Assembly (NCBI GenBank): GCA_965221165.1
Contig: CBDCRP010000003.1
Coordinates: forward strand, 800,001-864,000
Reading direction: 5' to 3'
Origin: a bacterium
Lineage (GTDB): Bacteria > UBA8248
Length of the DNA: 64,000 nucleotides
How positions within the stretch are numbered: position 1 is the stretch's first letter; each line of letters begins with the position of its first letter. The position numbers and the translations under genes were made by a program. Shown in pieces: positions 60,770 through 64,000 of the stretch. The notes under the pieces are model-generated. The model made no database searches, was not told the DNA's origin, and saw only the letters and a program-made list of their open reading frames with translations.

Positions 60770-61432
60770 TCAAATGTTCATGGCGCGGACGAGGGGCGCA
60801 CCCTCGTGAAGATCGATCACGTTCAAGGCCGCAAAGTCCTGCTCCAGCCGAAAAAAGCTCTCCAGCGGAGCGCCCAGCGCATCGCACAGAATCACCCGGT
60901 TCACCGCCGCATGGGCGCAGATGATGACGTTCTTGTCTTTTTCCCGGACGCAGATGCCGCGAAACGCGGGCAAGACCCGCGCGGCGAGTTCTTCGAGAGA
61001 TTCCCCATCACCCGGCGGTTTGGAGCGCACGGAATTCCGGTAATGCGCGGCCAATCGCTCGGGTTGGTTTTTCGTGAGGGAGGCGTGCGTCTCCCCTTCC
61101 CAGTCGCCCAGGTGAAGTTCGGCGATATCGGAAACGATCACGGGCTTGAGTCCCAAGCCCATCGCATCCGCTAATATCTCCGCCGTCCTCGCGGAGCGGA
61201 TGAGCGGGCTGGCGTAAAGAGCCGCTTCACCCTCCATCAGCCAACCCTTAACGCGCGCCGCCGCTTCGCGAACCTGCGCCTCGCCTTCCGCCAAGAGCGG
61301 CGCATCGGTGCTGCCGTAGAAATAACCCTCTTTCGATCCCTCTGCCGCGCCGTGTCTGAGCAAAAGGACGCGCGTGGTGGTTTCGATCCCCCGGGGCATG
61401 GAAACGGTGGAATCGGCCCGCCTGTCGGTCAC
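60770..61432 (-). CDS. Histidine phosphatase family protein (CobC/PhoE-like)
   Basis: LLRHG, SPLIRS.RTA, E...G.WEG, GES and AH motifs; start may be 61399. Confidence 0.85.
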   Translation of the reverse strand: MTDRRADSTVSMPRGIETTTRVLLLRHGAAEGSKEGYFYGSTDAPLLAEGEAQVREAAARVKGWLMEGEAALYASPLIRSARTAEILADAMGLGLKPVIVSDIAELHLGDWEGETHASLTKNQPERLAAHYRNSVRSKPPGDGESLEELAARVLPAFRGICVREKDKNVIICAHAAVNRVILCDALGAPLESFFRLEQDFAALNVIDLHEGAPLVRAMNI

Positions 61433-61498
61433 GTTTTTTCTCCAACGTAAAAATCAGGCGGGCAAGCCCTCCGAGCGTGCTCAAAACCCGCTTCGACG

Positions 61499-61900
61499 CT
61501 ATTTCGTGGCCAGAGATATATCCCGAATCCCCGCCCCGGATATAAGGCCCATCACCTTGATCACATAGCCGTAATCGAGGCGCTTATCCGCCTTGACCGT
61601 CAAGGAAGGCTTGAACTTTCCACTCTCGACGCCCGCCTTCAATTCGTTTTCGAGGTGATCGAGCAGCACCGTCTTTCCGTTTAAGGAGATTCGCTTCTCC
61701 ACGCCGACTTCGATGAGAAACGATTTTTTCTCCACCACCTCGGCGCTCGATTTCGCTTCGGGGAGTTCAATGTCGAGCCTGCGGGTGAAATCCACGAAAG
61801 AGGTGGAGACCATGAAAAAGATCAGGAGCAAAAAAACAACGTCAATCAACGACGTGAGTTGGAGGCTGTAATCTTCCTCTGAATCGCCCTGAAAGCGCAT
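61499..61900 (-). CDS. exbD: ExbD/TolR family biopolymer transport protein
   Basis: LTSLIDVVFLLLIFFMV and IELPEA. Confidence 0.88.
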   Translation of the reverse strand: MRFQGDSEEDYSLQLTSLIDVVFLLLIFFMVSTSFVDFTRRLDIELPEAKSSAEVVEKKSFLIEVGVEKRISLNGKTVLLDHLENELKAGVESGKFKPSLTVKADKRLDYGYVIKVMGLISGAGIRDISLATK

Positions 61901-62722
61901 TTACATGTCCTCGCGCTGCGGACTCAAGCTCTCCAGACCCTGCGCCTCGTCGTGGAGCGCATCATCCGTGTTCTCGCTTGGTCCTCCTGCTTGCGCCGCC
62001 AGGTTCTGCAAAAGCGCCAGGGCGATCGATTCCATCTCGAACAGGAGGCGACCGCTGCGCGAGCGGAAAAAGTGATACGCCGCAAGGGCCGGAATGCCTA
62101 TCAAAAGGCCCGCCGCCGTGGTCAGAAGCGCTTCCGAAATCCCCTCCGCCACCAGATTCGGGTTTCCCGTGCCTGCGCGGCTGATGACGTCGAAGGCGCG
62201 AATCATGCCGACGACGGTGCCGAACAGGCCCAGCATCGGCGCCAGGTTCGCGATGACGCCCAAGCCGCGGAGGTTGCGCGACAAGACGGTCGATTCGTGC
62301 CGGCCCGCGCCGACCATGGCGCGCTCCATCTCGCCGAGTCCCAGGCGCCGCCTCGCCAGACCCGCCTGCAGTACGCGCGCGAGGGGCGCGTCGAACCGCT
62401 CACAGATGCCGGCGGCCTCCGCGAAATCGCCGCGCCGCCAACACCTCTCGGAGGCGGACACGAGGGCTTCTGGAAGAACTTTCTTTCGCCTGAGAGAGAT
62501 GAGCCGTTCGAGCGTCACCATGAGCGCAATGACCGAGCACAGCCCCAGGGGGATCATCGTATACCCCCCCTTCTTCAAAAGCTCCCACACCCTGGGAGTA
62601 AAACCCCACCCGGCAACGTTCCAGGCGGCGAGCGCCTGCGTCGCGGCGAGCAAGAGAAAAACACCCGCCAAACTCGTGGCGAAGATCCATTTGCGGCTTA
62701 CACCTTTCGGTTCACGAGACAC
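61901..62722 (-). CDS. exbB: MotA/TolQ/ExbB proton-channel family protein
   Basis: APMLGLFGTVVGMI.AF and GISEALLTTAAGL. Confidence 0.87.
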   Translation of the reverse strand: MSREPKGVSRKWIFATSLAGVFLLLAATQALAAWNVAGWGFTPRVWELLKKGGYTMIPLGLCSVIALMVTLERLISLRRKKVLPEALVSASERCWRRGDFAEAAGICERFDAPLARVLQAGLARRRLGLGEMERAMVGAGRHESTVLSRNLRGLGVIANLAPMLGLFGTVVGMIRAFDVISRAGTGNPNLVAEGISEALLTTAAGLLIGIPALAAYHFFRSRSGRLLFEMESIALALLQNLAAQAGGPSENTDDALHDEAQGLESLSPQREDM

Positions 62723-63413
62723 CGGGGAGAACTCCTAAGACCCGCGCCGGGTCGGTTTCCATCGTGATGTCCGCATCGAACGTCTCCTCGCAAAGGGGAA
62801 TCAACTCGCGCGCGAGTTCCGCCAGCGGAGGCGAATCCCCCAATAGTTTTTCGAGGGAAGTCACGCGTCCGTCCACCTCGCCGCAGGGGTGCATCATCTC
62901 GAAATATCTCAAATCAGGCGATGCGTTGAACGAAACCCCGTGCATCGTCACCCAGCGCCTCGCGCCCACGCCCAGGGCGAGAATTTTTTCATCACCCACC
63001 CACAGGCCCGGATTCCCCTGCCTTCTCTCGGCGCGGAATCCTTTTTTATCGAGATAGCGCCGAAAGACCTCCTCCAGCCGCCTGCAGTGGAGGTGCACGT
63101 CGCGCTCCCACTCGCGAAGATCGCATATGGCATAAAGCATCAATTGGCCCGGGCCGTGAAAGGTGACCTCGCCGCCCCGGTTGATTCGAACCAGGGGAAC
63201 CTCCGCGCCATCGACGGGAGAACGCCTGAGAAGCACGTTTTCCTCGGCTCCCCCTTTGCCCAGCGTCATGACCGGCTCATGCTCCAGGAAGAGAAAAACA
63301 TCCTCCCGGAGGCGGCCTTCGGCGCGCTCGGTCCACAAGCGCTTTTGCAAATCCCATGCCTCATGGAACGCCACCCGACCCAGGAAGACGGCCCTGACGG
63401 ATGGTTTATTCAA
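62712..63413 (-). CDS. lipB: Lipoyl(octanoyl) transferase
   Basis: LEHEPVMTLG, RGGEVTFHGPGQ, HGVSFN and PCG. Confidence 0.92.
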   Translation of the reverse strand: MNKPSVRAVFLGRVAFHEAWDLQKRLWTERAEGRLREDVFLFLEHEPVMTLGKGGAEENVLLRRSPVDGAEVPLVRINRGGEVTFHGPGQLMLYAICDLREWERDVHLHCRRLEEVFRRYLDKKGFRAERRQGNPGLWVGDEKILALGVGARRWVTMHGVSFNASPDLRYFEMMHPCGEVDGRVTSLEKLLGDSPPLAELARELIPLCEETFDADITMETDPARVLGVLPGVS

Positions 63414-64000
63414 AATGAACGGCTCCGGCGCCCACCAAATCCCCGAGTTCGTCCGTCAATTCCGCCGTGGGCGCCACCACGTATTCCTGGCCCGCCTCGA
63501 TGCGCACCTCCCGGTCGGGGAAGCGCAGCGTAAAGAGCACGGCGCAGTTGCCCGGATGTCTGGCCAACACCTCGCGGATGGATTGCAGGCGATTCGGCGT
63601 GCGGCACTCGGGCTCCAGATCGACCAGAACCCTGCTCGCGCGGTTCACCTCCACGCCGGACAAAAGTTCGATGGCGCGCACCACCACCTGCACCCCATCG
63701 TCGGAAACCTCGGCGACACCCTCGATGAGAACGGGTTCTTCACTCTCCAGGATTTCATGGCAATTCTCGAACACGTCGGGAAACAGCGTCATCTCCGCCG
63801 TGCCGACTTGATCCTCGAGCACGAAGTTCGCCATGCGCCGGCCTGCGCGCGTCGTGCGCAGCCTAGAGGAGCGGATGAGCCCCACCATCTTGAGCTTGCG
63901 CGCGGTCGTGACGTCGGCGAGCCGCAGCGTGTCGATGTTGGCGAAACGCTGGATGAGCTCCTTGTGATCATCCAGCGGGTGTCCCGAAACGTAAAAACCC
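63406..64000 (-). CDS. dnaE: DNA polymerase III alpha subunit, C-terminal part (runs off the window)
   Basis: Window end reads GFYVSGHPL; OB-fold MANFVLED; C-terminal tail ...HPGNCAV. Confidence 0.9.
   Translation of the reverse strand, partial: GFYVSGHPLDDHKELIQRFANIDTLRLADVTTARKLKMVGLIRSSRLRTTRAGRRMANFVLEDQVGTAEMTLFPDVFENCHEILESEEPVLIEGVAEVSDDGVQVVVRAIELLSGVEVNRASRVLVDLEPECRTPNRLQSIREVLARHPGNCAVLFTLRFPDREVRIEAGQEYVVAPTAELTDELGDLVGAGAVHFE

Overview
A GC-rich (~60%) chromosomal window from a diderm bacterium. It is mostly housekeeping: a clpB-dnaK-cbpA-hspR-htpX-grpE-dnaJ heat-shock operon, tRNA-Leu(CAG), ribF, tolC-ruvX-mltG, valS-birA-coaX, ffh-rpsP-rimM-trmD-rplS, def-fmt-rsmB-rpe, recA, rplM-rpsI-argC-argJ-rpsB-tsf-pyrH-frr-uppS-cdsA-dxr, and the 3' end of dnaE. 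The main signal missed by the ORF track is a convergent pair of probable selenoproteins at 12.4-14.2 kb: a radical SAM enzyme ending in a C-U-A-E-P tail and an ArsC/Spx-fold protein with a U-x-x-C motif. Each has a SECIS-like hairpin about 20 nt after its in-frame UGA, and the pair lies next to an A-type Fe-S carrier gene. Other notable items are a membrane-anchored OmpA/MotB-domain protein built from about 8 tandem 70/77-aa coiled-coil repeats, a pseudo-receiver protein with a RomR/PopZ-like C-terminus just upstream of valS, and an AT-rich islet between rplS and rnhB carrying a secreted YHYH/nuclease-like gene plus a TbpB-barrel-like remnant. Several promoter/operator candidates are also visible. 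All calls come from manual reading and motif recognition; no database searches were run.
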